A DNA stretch of 59,071 nt, counting the filler, from Sphacelaria rigidula (Eukaryota): NCBI GenBank assembly GCA_964200075.2. It is 6 parts of 6 records of this genome, joined end to end, with 100 filler letters (N's around TTAATTAATTAA, not from the genome) between each part and the next. Parts side by side here need not be neighbours in the genome. Positions count along the whole stretch, not along the records: positions 39,451 to 49,211 come from CAXNAA020007821.1; positions 49,312 to 59,071 come from CAXNAA020007822.1; 4 more parts are not named here. One strand, given 5' to 3'. Positions 44,637-57,672 of the stretch are shown here, piece after piece. The notes beneath the pieces were generated by a model. It saw nothing but the letters and a program-made list of their open reading frames with translations, was not told where the DNA came from and did not search any database. How positions within the stretch are numbered: position 1 is the first letter of the stretch; the number at the start of each line of letters is the position of its first letter. Both the position numbers and the translations under genes were made by a program.

Positions 44637-47600
44637 GTTTTCGTAAGATTGAGAGTAGCGGATACGATTGAAAGTGAAAAGCGCTCAATTAGTGACTGAA
44701 TCGTTTCAGTTCAGAAATGCCCCTCCACGAGGCCCGATATGCTTCCTGTATTAGCCTGCCACCGAGGCCCTTGATATCTCTGAGGAGGATATCGACGTGT
44801 AGCTGTAAGCACACGCCAGTGATGGAGACAAAGAAACGCACACACGGAATGAAAAAATGGCGAAGGTGAAGCAAATCATCAAAGCCACTCTCAATCAGCG
44901 CTCTACTCTCAATATCACGAAAACGCTCTTTAATGTGAAGGTGATGAAAAATCAATGAGTCATATTTCGCATCAGACCGCGGCTCCCGTCACAGCGTCAC
45001 GCACTAAACACTCCTTTCCACAACTGTACAGTGTACAGTGCACACACATGACAGCAGTGACCAGGCTACACCGTGGATGAGATCCGACAGCTGGGCGTAT
45101 TTGCCTTTGTGACTGCCGAGGTCATGCGGTGCCTCGTGTCGGAAAAGGCCGACTTTTTGGTCGCGGCCGCAGGAAGTGATTCCCAGTATGATCCGATGTC
45201 GCCCTGGAACGACAACAAAAATCAAGCTCCCCTGTTGGTAGAAGGTTGCAACGGACGTTGTTCTACTACAGCCATTATCGGCATTCATGGAACGTGTATT
45301 TTCCATTTTGGGGGGGATGCTTGGACTCCCGTCAGGAGATGGCACTAAGTGATAAGATAGAGTCGGCTGCAATGCTGAAATACAACCGGTGACTTAACAC
45401 ACCACAGGACGTCATATCCTCAGCCTATTCCTGTGCTGCATTGATTTCGCGCTGTCCTCCGCAGTTCGCCACAACATGAACGCAGACGCTTGTACTGTGG
45501 CCAACGTGTACGTGGGATATCACCCCTCGCGACGCGCCACGTCGCTACGCCACATTTTGTAAAGCTGTCCGTGTTGCAGCTACAGCGTGCGTTTGCCCCA
45601 GGTGGCATACGCAGGACTGAAAGGCTGCCTTCGCCGCTGTAGTGGCGGCCTGTGTCTCGAGCAAAGCTGTATGGTGACACAGCCATTATGGCGCGAAAGC
45701 CGCCTGTAACATTTCACGCCGTGGAGATTTCTACACACTGTTGCCTCGAAGTGTATGTAGCGTTGCAGTTACCGTCAAGAAGGGTCAAATCTAAAAAAAG
45801 AATGCCATATTTCTCTGACTTGACTGACCCTCGACAAAAAAAATGTTTGGCCAACATAAAAAGTGCGGCCCCCGGAAAACTCCAACATGTCCTGGAACCG
45901 CCTCAACGACTAGAGCAAGTCATTCTACGGTGTGAAACTCCGCCTAGCTCTAATTTAGGACGTAAAACGGCGGAGAGGGACCAAAAAGGCATTTTTACAG
46001 GACTATTTTCTCGTCTGCTATAAGGAGCGGGCTAACTCCATGAAAAAAACGGGGAATGTACTCGCGTGCAGGAGATCTTGTTGAAAAAATCAGCCAAAAA
46101 ATCCTAAATTGGGCCCAACCTGGTACTTTTTGTGTGACACCGCTTTGCCCCTGTAAACCCAAGTGATACAGGACGCTCCAGTTATGGAGGTCACGAGTTG
46201 GAATCCCGACATATCATTCTTTTTTTCGTTCCGTCGTTAAGGTCATATATAATGTAGTACATTAAAAACAAAAGCAGATCAGGTTGGTCTTCAGTTCACA
46301 GTGATATGCCTGAATGAAGATGAATCGGGAAAGTCGAGAAGTTGTTGTGTGATGTGCGTCTGTACGTTACGGCTGGCCCAGCTCGTGGACGGGATGAACA
46401 CACACACAACACAGCACACACATATGTATATATTGCGTCGCTTACAAATGCAATATTTTGCTCATTTGTTGTGAAGACGAAGACGAAAAGTGAGCTTGAT
46501 GAAATATACAGTACATTGCTAGGCTTGACTGCCTTCCTCGCGAAAGGGCCCGTCCGCCAGCGTTAAGGCCATGATTTAGAGATTTTCGAATGTAATACAT
46601 GAGAAAACTCACTGAGAGCCCGGTATTTGATATATGACGAATTACGGTATATAAGCACCGTTGGTGGGCGCGGGGCGCATGGTGGCGATGGGGACGAGAA
46701 AATAGCCTCAGCGGGGGTGTTTTGTACGGGGAGTTTTGCGGGTGTTATCCCTCGTTTCGGCCCGTAGCGTGCGAATGGCAGAGCTTTTGGATGATGTACA
46801 AGTATTTTTGAGATGGCTGAATTATGAAAGAAAAAAAAAAGAGGAAGAGTCCTTACGTCCTTACCGGGGGATTCAATGCACGTTTCCTCTCCCAGGAACA
46901 TGATCACTAGGGTGGTATTTACCGTTCTGGCGTATTACACACGAATGACAACGCACCGAGACACACGCGCATCTGTTGAACGTGTGAAAATCATTTATTT
47001 TTATGCGGCCCCCCGTTTCTCCCCACCCGGGGATGGAATCGCTGTATGTCCTTCCCGAACACAAAAAGGTGTTATCTACCGTTTTGGCCAGTTACATTGG
47101 CGTTTACCCACGAATAGCGACGCCCCTGAACACAGGGGAGACATGGTCAGAACGTACTCACCCTATCCTACTGCTTGATGACCCCCTTTCCCCTCTATAT
47201 CCTTTCCCGGGGACATAATCAACGCATCCTCTTCCGAACAATCCCGGCGGGTGCGGGGGTGCAATCGGACGTTTGAACCATTGTGGCCGAGCAACAGTTA
47301 ATTTAAACACGTGACCAGTACCAGTAGGAAGCCTACAACCTACTCGAACTAGTGATACCTTCCGCTTTTCTTAGCCCTTAGACAGCGAGCGTCGCCTCGG
47401 AACATTTTCACAGGCTGACAGTCCGGCGGACCGTATTAACGTGTTCTGTACTCTACTCTTGGTCCATGCCGCCTCTCTGCAGAGATATTGTGCGATACTA
47501 AGCAGAGGCATCAGCAGCATGCAGTAAATTGTGTTGAGTGGAGAGCGATGACACGCTGAGTGGTTCTTGCCGTTGTATCCAGCGGAGACGTACCGCACAC

Positions 47601-47984
47601 ATGCTGTACTGACTCTGTGCGCTCTAGACTGCACGGTCAATACCAGTCAGGGGTCTTCCGGAACTATTTTTTATTTACATGCCCACCATCCACATCTTCA
47701 TGGAAAATGGCGTTTTGTGTAGCGAAAAAAGAGCTGTTCTTAACCCCAAATGTGGGATAGCCCATCTCAGTCCACCTGCGGAGATGTCGCCGTCTAAGGG
47801 TTGACGGGACTACAGACACTCAGGGGATGATATTATTGTTCCATCCTCTCTCTGAGTCAGGCCGAACATTCTTGGCAGAATGCCGCTCACCCCTCATGCG
47901 ACTCGCCGAACACATCACGACGCTTCGCGCTTGGTGGTTGATTGCGAGCCTGGTCCTGCGAAAACCTGTCTTGCTCCGTCACGG

Positions 47985-48050
47985 CTTTGTAGGAATGCGA
48001 GGTCAATGGTGTCATGACTACAGCGTGCAAGATCATGAATACACCCCCTC
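47985..48050 (+). repeat. Fragment related to the start of the contig-4 Gypsy
   Basis: GMRGQWCHDYSVQDHEYTP here versus GMRGQRSDDYGMHDHEYTP at 29591-29647. Confidence 0.6.
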
Positions 48051-48854
48051 TCTAAGGACGCTCAGGGTTCAGGATGTACCGGGAGGGCCTGTTACATGCC
48101 GATGCCTCTGAACACGCGAGAGGCATCTTGAGAATATCCTCACCATAACATACTTTCTTGATCCCTCCCCCCCCTGGGGGAGTCGAGAACGGTACACTTC
48201 GCGTGAGACATCGCTAAAACGTACTAACCCCGTCCTCAAGGGGTCGTGAAGCAGTACGGTAGGGTGAGAATGTTTTAACGATTGCCAGCACAAACAGCAC
48301 ATGTTTCTGTGAAACGAATCTTTTGCATGTCACAGTCTAGTTGAAGAGAAAGTGTTCATTCTACAGTGTATTTAGTCCCTTGAAAGCCCTGAACGGAGGT
48401 ATGTTCCCTCTTGATACAGATGGGCAACATGAAGTAAAAGGCGCTCAAGCAAGGCCGCTTTCAAGACATAAGGAATGGCACGCGTGGCGCTGCACGACAT
48501 TGCTTGCCGACGCCCCGGTGTTGCTTGTTGGCGGCACGGCAGGTAGTAGGCGTCAGCTTAGTGAGTGCTTTGTCAGTCATGCTCCTGCGTTATGAATGCT
48601 ACAACACCAGAGCAGAGAGGACTTTGGAGGTTCATGCCAGTGTAGTGCGAGCCGCTGTGCAGTGTTGTGTGTATATGTCAGTCCCGAGGGATGATGTAAC
48701 AACATACCCCAGCGCGTATGTGCGCGTGTACTATTATAATACTGTCTTGACGCGTTTGGATTTGTGTTCGGGAAGCAAAAAGGAAGGGAAGAACACTTGG
48801 CACAGGAAAACGAAAAAGAATCAGGATCACCACGAATGTTGAGAGTACCACACG

Positions 48855-49211
48855 TGAAGCCATCGTCCGGCAACGACGACTGCTGTTCGCGGGAGCCCTG
48901 GCTAGGCAACCGGACGGACGATTACCGAAGCGAATAGCATTCGGAACACTAGTCGGGGGGGAGGATCCAGGACCAGGGTGCCCGGAACAAAACTGGCTTA
49001 AGTGCTTGAGAGGCGATCTCCATGCTTTCGGAGCCACAGACGGCTCTGCGGACGACAACCGCCCGACATTCGGAATTGACCGCGCCCTATGGACCTCAGC
49101 AGCAAACAAGGAGGGGGGGTTGCCGTGGCACGCAGGAGTGCTGCAGGGAGCGGAGAGGTTCATGACCTTATGGCACAGGAATGAAGAGGAGGCCAGCCGA
49201 CTGCGTGCGAT
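48855..49211 (+). mobile_element. 5'-truncated LINE (RTE-like) ORF C-terminus
   Basis: EAIVRQRRLLFAGALARQPDGRLPKRIAFG...G.PEQNWLKCLRGDL matches the post-RT region of RTE-type LINEs. Confidence 0.8.
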
Positions 49212-49311
49212 NNNNNNNNNNNNNNNNNNNNNNNNNNNNNNNNNNNNNNNNNNNNTTAATTAATTAANNNNNNNNNNNNNNNNNNNNNNNNNNNNNNNNN
49301 NNNNNNNNNNN
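49212..49311. other. Artificial contig spacer
   Basis: N + TTAATTAATTAA + N. Confidence 0.98.
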
Positions 49312-49959
49312 GAGTTGCTTTATTTTGTGGCATCGCCACTTCCAGAGACAGCCACGTCTTATACACTGCCTCATGGGTGTCTCACCATAGGCGGGGGGGG
49401 CGGGGGGGGAGTGTACTCATTTGTTGCTTTTCTCAGTCGTTTGACCACTGACCACGGATCCCTTTCGAGCCGGAGCACCGTTCCTACTCCAAATAGAGAC
49501 ACGTCCAACATTTCGATGCTCATTACGTTTCTTCCATACACTACACCAATCCCGTGGGGGAGGTGGAGGGGGGGGGGGGGGGGGGGAATAATTCCACGCA
49601 TTAAAGGGTTCATAGTTGTGTCGGACGACCCACCACACTCGCTGTGCGCTTGCATTTGAGTAGAAAGGGTGCCAAGCAATATGAACGAGCGTTATTCATC
49701 GGTATCAAGCGTGTTCGAACAACTCTTGATGTTTTCAACGACGATTTGAAGAGATTTTTTATGGGAAAAATGGCCCAAAATACCCTCCCCTCCCTATCGT
49801 CGCATGATTCTACTTGGGGGAGAGATGAGTTGATTGATCCCTTGAGACCACGAACCGATCCCGGCGAAGGGGAGGGGCTCGAAGTAATCAATCCCGCTCT
49901 GACGGCACAGTGTAGGGTACCTACTAGGTCACCGTGAATTACACTCTCACACAGGTGCT

Positions 49960-50735
49960 AAGGGAAAGGTGAATACTAAGCACTCCAGGGTTCCCCGGGC
50001 ATGGACTGCCAAAACGGCTTAGTATTCCAGAGTACCCAGGGTATTAACACCGAAATCACCTAGCATTCCAGGGTTTATACCCAATACCGGACAACGGTCT
50101 ATACAGGATAGCGAGGTAAAACAATAGCAGTAAGTTGGTATTCTTCTGCACATTGTTGCCTGGACGGTACAGTAGCAAATATCCTACTCGTGGCTGAATG
50201 TTGTTACCTAGTATAAAGAGTAAAAGCCAAGACGTCTTTGGTTGCACCTTGTACGCCTCCAGTGTAGGTTGCGTACTCTGGAGAATTGCACCCTCGGTGG
50301 TCCATTGGAGTACCCAGTTTTCCAGGGTGAGGCAGGGTGCGTATCGACTGCCAAAGGTACTGAATACCTCTTGTTATCTCGGGTACCCGGCCACAAAACT
50401 ATCCGGTCTGTCGAGTGCTCGAAATATTGAGTACAAGTGCCCAGTACCACGCATACCTAGGGTACCGCCGATCGAGAATACTCAACATTTCAAAGCACCC
50501 AGGGTATCGACTGTCAAGGGTACTCCTACGTCGTAGGTACCAGCACCACGGGACACCCGATGTGGTATCCGTAGCACTGAGTGCATGTGCCGAGTATTCC
50601 GGCTGACCAGAATACCGACTGCACAACGCAATCATAATAGCCTTCCAGGGTCCCAAGGGTATCGGTAGCCAAAAATACTCTGTACTTGAGAGTACTCGGC
50701 ACTGTACACTGCAAAATACCCGGCTTTGCAGGGGC
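49960..50735. repeat. Region dense in GTAC/ATAC motifs, probable decayed MITE subterminal arrays
   Basis: Recurrent AGTACCC, GGGTAC, AATACC, GAGTAC motifs in both orientations; termini not defined. Confidence 0.4.
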
Positions 50736-50834
50736 CTTCTACCCCGTCCCATCATGTAAGCACCGTCGGAAAATTACTACAGATTTATCCGGAGAAGTCT
50801 ACTGGGCAGCACAAAGAGCAAGTCAGTCACCTAC

Positions 50835-50977
50835 CCAGTAAGGCATGGCACGAAGCCTGTTGCTGTGAGGCTCATGGAGAGCAGCACCGCCACGGCAAGC
50901 AGTAGGGACGTAGGTGGTGATGGTGATCGTGGTGGGCTCTTTCGCCTTCGACCGTTGGAATCGGTCGTGGTCGCCAT
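50835..50977 (-). CDS. Probable first coding exon of a host gene with signal peptide (possible plastid-targeting GF motif)
   Basis: ACCATGG start; MATTTDSNGRRRKSPPRSPSPPTSLLLAVAVLLSMSLTATGFVPCLT; G|GTAGGT donor. Confidence 0.55.
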
Positions 50978-53900
50978 GGTCACGTTCCCAGCCTGTGGTG
51001 GTCCGAGATCGAGCACAACCGTCGGTGAAACACAAGTGCACTCACTGTCTTTTGGTACCACAATACTCTACTGTACTGTAGAGCATCGTTGTACTGTTGT
51101 AGAGAGCCAGCGTGATAGATTATGGTCAGTATAATCAACAGCCCATGACTCGAAGCAGACAGACAGGCACTGTGTACATTACTGCTCAGCAGAGTAGCAG
51201 TACACTAATTGTGCAATGCAGTAGTATAGTGAGCACAGCCCTGTCCTGTCGAACGTCATGGGTAGCCTTCGGGGGAGAAGATCTCCATCACGGCTGGGGG
51301 GGGGGGGGGGGGGGGGAGAGCAGCTCCGGCAGGCCACCCGAGGGGGGGGCCGCTGACCCTGGTGGCANNNNNNNNNNGTCGGGTTGGGGTGTGTGGGGGG
51401 GGGGGAGGGGTGGGGGGGGGGGGGGGGGGCGGGGGGGGGGGGTGGGGGGGGGGGGGGTTACAGCAGCACCCTGGAGAGTGCCGACTGCTGTACGTGCCAC
51501 TCGTGCAGATTTATACAGTATCAACATAGCTTTTCAGTTCACACCGACTGCAGACAGAGAAGCTCATGTTGCCAATAGTGGCAGGTTAGCATAACACGGG
51601 CACTTGAAGTCAGCCTATCCATTGCCAATCTCTTGTGCCTTTACGTCTTGTTGTTTGCCGTGACTTGATGCCCTCTAGATAGTCAGCAGAAAAGACTGTA
51701 CATAGTTAGTCACAGACTCTGTGCCGTAAACAGTACCGATGTGCTACATCACAGACGGTCCTTGACTGCGGCAGCAGGGAGGTAGGTGCAACTGTTGTCC
51801 CCGAAAAAAAAGTCGTCGCAGGATCTCTCACCAGAAATGTACTCACGCGCAAGATACACGACAGCTCCTTTACCAGGCACAGGTAGAGGAATCACCGCAC
51901 CACCTCTCTTCTTCGGCAGCTATGTCCAACGCAGATATCAAACCCTACAGTACTTCGCTCATGCGTTACTACGACTGCTGTATATATATGCAGTTCAGAA
52001 GGGCATGGTGTTTATAATTCAGCACTGTTTTTCAGTGTAGTGTCAGGGACGGTTCCCCAAATCTCGCTCGCCTGCGTTATTTAATTATTTTCCAAGATGC
52101 TTACCCGATCACAGGCAGACCGGCAGACATCACACCAAAACATCAAACAGCTTCTCTGCACCCTCAATTTAGTTCAGAACAGCGTAACCTCGACACCAAC
52201 GTTGAACCACTCTTTCCCGCGTAGCTCTTCACTAATATACCACATATCACTACTCCCGCGACTCCTGCTACTGCTGCTGCTAGCATCATGATGCTGAGTC
52301 TAAGCTCGGTTGTCGGGTCGTGAACCCCCTCGATTTTCATCTTTTCACAGCCTCAGCGGAGACCGAGCAGACATTGTTGATTGGAAGGTCGAGGCAAGTA
52401 CAAGCTTGGGAAGGTGTACTTCGGCTAATAACACAGTACACAGTTCCCACGCCGATCTATCTCGGGACTAGTACTTGATAGATATCTTCTGGAGAAGCGG
52501 GGGGCGACCGGGGGCGTGCCTGGCGTAGCGAGTGTGTGCTTACACAGCAAGCAGCATTTCGGCAACGAGCTATATCAGCTGGCCGGAAATTTACAGTCAG
52601 GTGGGGGCTGTTCTGGATGCCGGTGTTGTGGGGTAACTCGGTGGGAGTGTATACGGCGTGCCGGGCAGCTGAACTTGTCTGCTTTGTTGACGGTAGAGCG
52701 TTTTGACTGCTGTTGTGCCCCGAGAATGTGCGTCGTTGAGATTGTACCACCAGCTGAAGGGTTATGTCACGTGCTCGCCTGACTGATGACCTCTCAGCCT
52801 TCGTGATGGTTTCGGTGCATGTCGTTGTCGCAACGTTTCACGGTGATTGAAGCCGTGATCATCAAATGTTGAGAGGGATAACTGGCGGAACTGGAGACGA
52901 CTGATGGGATATGTCACGACGTCAGTGCTGTCGAGTGGGTACCCAAGCTTGAAGACATTCTGAGTCCGGTGACGCAGGAGGGATGCGGATATGTGCCGTG
53001 AAGGCTTGTCATCCCACCAGTGCATGTTCACACACAAAAAAGGGTGCCCTTGCTTGTGTGCTTTCTTCGATTTTTGCCGTGGTCCGCGTACGGAAACGCA
53101 ACGTTTTTCAGCAGTACCCGAGGAAGGGGCAAAGGTTGAGGTTGTAACTGTACGAAGACTGTGATATACCCCTATTGATTTTGTAAGCATGCCTTATGTA
53201 ATGTAGTGAACTGTTCTGTGCCGTACTCTCCATTTGTCTGTCTCGGCGCAGCGTCGATTTACCCGCCAATCCGATGTGATCCTGTCCCGGCTTTGTGAAC
53301 AACTGGTGACTATTATTTATATGTCTCAAGCCAAGACTTACAGCTGTACACTGTCGTAGAAGTAACCCGAACCTGAAACGAGACTTCTGACAGTCAGTCA
53401 TGTGCATACTAAAAAAACAGTATAATAGTACCGGCAGTCAGGGTTCGCTGGGGGTAAGGGTATGTTTTATGTTTCAATGTCAAGGTCGGCCTCGCTAAAC
53501 TTCGGTATCAACGTCGTATGGTTGTTGTTCCACCAGCGCTTTTCATCCCAACGCAGTACATTTTCCTTGCTGTCCTAGGTATTTTGACTCACATCCCTGC
53601 GAATTGGATTGCAGCAACTGCTGTACTGGTGAAAATATCGCTTCTCTTCGAAGAAGCAAGTCAGAAGCTCTGATTCCAGGGGCGATGTCGCTTCCTTTGA
53701 CGGAGGCGGTGGGCATTGGTCGGAACAAGCACCTTCAATCCTCCGCAACCCCCGGTTCAGACTCTTCGCTGTTCCGACTGTTGTCCCATCAAAAAGCTAT
53801 GGCAGCATTCCGCCGTGAATATATTGAGCCAGCGACAGCATACTGTGCTGTTCTCCATCGCGCACTCAGGCCGGAGGGAACTGTACGTCCGTGGTGGCTA

Positions 53901-55323
53901 CCCGTACACAATGGATGTTCATCCATGTCTGTGAGGGTTGTGAAATTGAACGTGGCCCATTCACCGCATGTAGGGCGCTAAGCAAAACGCCCTTTCAAAA
54001 CCAACTTTGTCTCAGGCCGTGTCTTTTCGAGCTGGAAAAAAACAAGGCGAAGAGCAAAAGCAAGCGCCCAAAAAGCAGCATGTTGATTGGGTCGCCGCGA
54101 CCAGCGGTGACCACGCGGCAGGATGACCAACCAGCATAGTGCAGTTGGGGGCTTGCTTTGCGAAATGCCGTCTTTTCCCCCCATATACCGTCAAGAGGGC
54201 GCCCTTATTTCCTGGAATCCGTTTGAGCTCTATTTCATTCGCAGAACATCCGCCTGTAGTCTGCCATGTGAAACCTCCTCTGATGCTACTTCACCACCGT
54301 GGACGACCCCGAATTATCGCGCGAGCGCGTTTGTTTCAATGTCCCGGTTGTGGATGCGCTGTTATATAGCATTGTCTGTGGGCTCTGCAGCTACCCCCCC
54401 CCCCCCCTCCCCCCGCTACTCGACTACTGTGTTTCTGCCGGTGTACATGATGTCTATCGACTAATGTTATGTGGCACCGCCCACTTTCATCTTCCCGCAA
54501 CATTCGTTTTTTCGTCCGCGAATGTTGAACGTCGTCCACCCACTGGTGAGACTGGGAGTAAGTTTGAGTATGCGAGTACTACAACAATGTAAATATACTT
54601 GTGAAGCTGTTGCACTACTGTACGCTCATCCCATTTCAGTGTTTCCCACTGGCTTTTTCTGCTGCTGCACATGGTGTTCGTTCGCTGTAAGCCGCACTAT
54701 TCGTTAACATCGCTACATCCAAGTTCAACCTCGCGAACATCCCCTGCGCACGCCCATCTTAGGCTCTCGTTATACCAAGATAAGGCAGTACCACCGTGGA
54801 TACTTTTATGGGTATAATAGTGGTACAGGAGTCTTACAGACAGTAATTGGCTTTTGGTGAGTCGTGTTGACTCAGCACAAAACCAATGAACGACCGTTGT
54901 GTAAACGGTGCATATCACCCCTCCACAACAGTGATTGAACACCACCTGTAGTAGCTGTGAACACAATCTGCGTTGCGAAGAAGATCTGCAAGACTGAACC
55001 AGTACGAGTATGTATTTATCACTAACAGGAACCGTTCGGCCATCTTTTATGGCAACGAATCTCGATTTTTTTTGAGACCCCGATTACTTCAAAGTCGGGG
55101 GAACTCAAAATCGCGAACTCAAAATCGGGCGGACCGTTTTATGGTTCAGACCGCAGTATCACAGATTTGTGAAACAACAGTTCTGTACAGTACATGGACG
55201 GTCATTTTCTGAATGAGTGTGGTGCTGCGTAGTCGTGGATGAAGCCGAAGAGCAGGCAGGTGGCGAGTAATGCTTCGAGTATACTTGGTACCCTAGGGTA
55301 ATACATGGCAGCACACTAGATCA

Positions 55324-55683
55324 GTGTTGTGTGTTGTGTTGTCGTCCCATCTATTCTGGACGCCGGTCTACACCTTTCGGTATATGTGGGCGCACCAGCC
55401 GGGGTCACACAGGAGGAAGGTCAACACAGGAGTTTTTTTCTTTTTTGTTTGTTTTTTGTACTCCACCTTCCTTCTGCAGCGCTTGCCTTTTTTTTTATCG
55501 CAAGAGGGGTTCAGCACTCCCTTCACCTTGTCGACCGTTGAGTCGAATTTTGCGTATCCACGATATAGTCGCCCACCAATGTTGGGCAGGGTGTGAGAAC
55601 ATCCCAGATCGCTCCGAGATTTGAACCTACGACCCAACCGTCAGAAGGTTTCGAGGTTACCAACTGAGCCACCGGGGAGACCG
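55324..55683 (-). mobile_element. Full-length tRNA-derived SINE
   Basis: A box TGGCTCAGTTGG (55660-55671), B box GGTTCAAATC (55618-55627), (CACAA)-type tail; two partial copies elsewhere in window. Confidence 0.88.
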
Positions 55684-55856
55684 ATAGTACAGCACATGAT
55701 GATGCCGTGTGGTGGTACATGACGGCGGAGTCGGTATTGCGAGAACAGGGAACAAACAGTGCGCGAGCAGATCAGTAGTGCAGTGCCATACGAGTACAGT
55801 ACCGTTCGTTGTAGTGACACGTATGTCAGCGCAGCGCAGCGCAGCATGAAGTATAC

Positions 55857-56122
55857 CACAGGCACCATAGGTGAGGTAGGTACCCGATAGCGGTAGTTGG
55901 GACATGTCATACCCTACCGATACCAGTCCAATCCGGTATTTTCGAAACTCATACCTACGATACCTTCGATACCACGGTATTTCGAGATTATATTCTACCG
56001 TACCCGCCCAATCCGGTATTTTGAAATGTCATACCTACGATACCTACGCATACCACGGTATGGGATACCCCGGTAAATACCGGGGGTACGCTCGGTACGG
56101 TACCTTACCTACGGTGCCTGTG
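55857..56122. mobile_element. 266-bp hAT-like MITE with 8-bp TSD
   Basis: TIR CACAGGCACC(A/G)TAGGT(G/A)AGGTA; AAGTATAC at 55849-55856 and 56123-56130; ATACC/GGTAT internal motifs. Confidence 0.88.
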
Positions 56123-57332
56123 AAGTATACCATCGCCGCAGGGTACGGCGTCAGCACTTACTATCCGCTTATCAAATGCCGTGCGAAGCTGCTTCAGCAG
56201 CTGGCGCAGGCAGGCACTCCCTGGGTTGCCCCGAGACTGTCTTCTTCTGCGATTGCGAAAAGTATGAAATGCCTCGTACCCTACCAGTGTACGTCAATGC
56301 ACGTACGTCACCTAAAAAAAATATGGAAAGCGTTCTGAGATAGTGACACCCCGATTTTTCTTCCCCTATTTGATCCAAATCAGAGTTCATGAAATGTGTT
56401 GCCCGATTTTTTTCCTCCGATGCCAGAAAAAAACGAGATTGTTGGCTGCTACAAAATATGGTCTTGAACCTTGGACCGCGACGGTAGTCCACCTGGATCA
56501 TGCATACTGTTTTGAAGTGAAATTTATGCCGATTCAGCAGATGCCCCAATTTCGCCGTCTAGGGGTCAACCACAACAGTCGAAAATTATGCGTACGGAAA
56601 ATAAACAGCGCGGCGGAACCCTCTCGTAAAGTGGAGAAAGTCCATCCGATATGACAAGTTCTGCCTAACCCCTTCTTGGTGCCAAAATCGGCGCCGAATC
56701 ATCAACATGCAGACAATTTTCATATGATTTTTTATATTACGGTGAGAACCAGCCTGGCATGTGCTGACATGGGTCTCGAAAGGACTGTTCCGCTGCGGAA
56801 GGGTTTACTCCCTAGATAATGGCAATAGATGACACCGCCAAAAAGTGTACTGCGTACAGTATCGACTATTGCATCTACCGCAACAGAAAATAGATTTCAT
56901 ACCGTCTGTACGCAGTCCATTTTTTAACAATGAGATGTATTACTGGAAGGGTTAACGACTTCTCTTTCAGTGTCCGCGACAGCACCCGGTATGAAGGCCG
57001 TGTTGGTTGTTGAAAGGTGGGGTGATCGTGGTTTGTCCAGTACTGTTGGTTTTGCCGTTGTGTAGCTGCTGACTCAGAGTATCTGCTACTGTACCGTCAC
57101 CCCCTGCCGCGTGTTGGTCTGATCAAAAACAGGTGTTCTGATCTCAAGGAGGCGTGTTCGCAATGTCGAGCCTTTATATCCCCCCGTTCGGTGGGACCGG
57201 CGATAACGTGATGGGCGGACCGGGGTCCCGAGTAACTCAGGGCCTCCGAGGAGACGGCGGAAGCAGGACACAGGCGATCAACATCGGAGGGAAAGCACGC
57301 CTAGGTCGGTTGATTGATTGATTGGTTGAATT

Positions 57333-57672
57333 TACAGGCACCGTAGGTAAGGTAGGTACCCGGTACCGTTATTTGGGACATCTCACATCCTACCGAAACC
57401 GACCCAATCAGGTATTTTTAAATGTCATACCTACGATACCAGGGTATTTCGAAATTTGAAGACCTACCGTACCCATCCAATCCGGTATTTTGAAATGTCA
57501 TACCTACGATACCTTCGATACCAGGGTATTTTGAGGTTTCAATACCTACCGTACCCGCCCAATCCGATATTTTGAAAAGTCATGCCTACGATACCTACGC
57601 ATACCACGTTATGGGATACCCCGGTAAATACCGGGGGTACGCTCGGTACGTACCTTACCTACGGTGCATGTG
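57333..57672. mobile_element. Second copy of the MITE with one extra internal unit (~75 bp)
   Basis: Same TIR and internal CAATC(C/A)G(G/A)TATTTT unit three times; flanked by (GATT)n, no clean TSD. Confidence 0.85.

Larger units (their letters stand above)
51258..57304 (+). pseudogene. Possible multi-exon gene or pseudogene of unknown product
   Basis: AG/GT-bounded candidate exons (..51584, 51755-51781, 52351.., 53579-53882, 54017-54107, 54245-54346, 57133-57304), several phase-compatible; some candidates contain TGA/TAA. Confidence 0.35.

Noticed and set aside
44689..45372. Short coding-like ORFs in contig 5
   Set aside because: No recognisable motif or consistent exon chain.
9764..49311. 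Regularly spaced TTAATTAATTAA motif every ~9.86 kb
   Set aside because: Embedded in N runs; artificial contig linker.
51296..51457. G-quadruplex or Gly-rich coding tract (also 9864-9935 and 49560-49587)
   Set aside because: Long G runs at or near Ns and contig ends are likely low-quality sequence; lengths are unreliable.
55600..55683. tRNA gene
   Set aside because: A and B boxes are present but there is no convincing cloverleaf, and it continues into a repeated body and tail; it is a SINE head.
56665..56955. Small piggyBac-like MITE (CTAA CCCCTTC ... GAAGGG TTAA)
   Set aside because: TIR match is under 10 bp and the left TTAA is imperfect; insufficient support.
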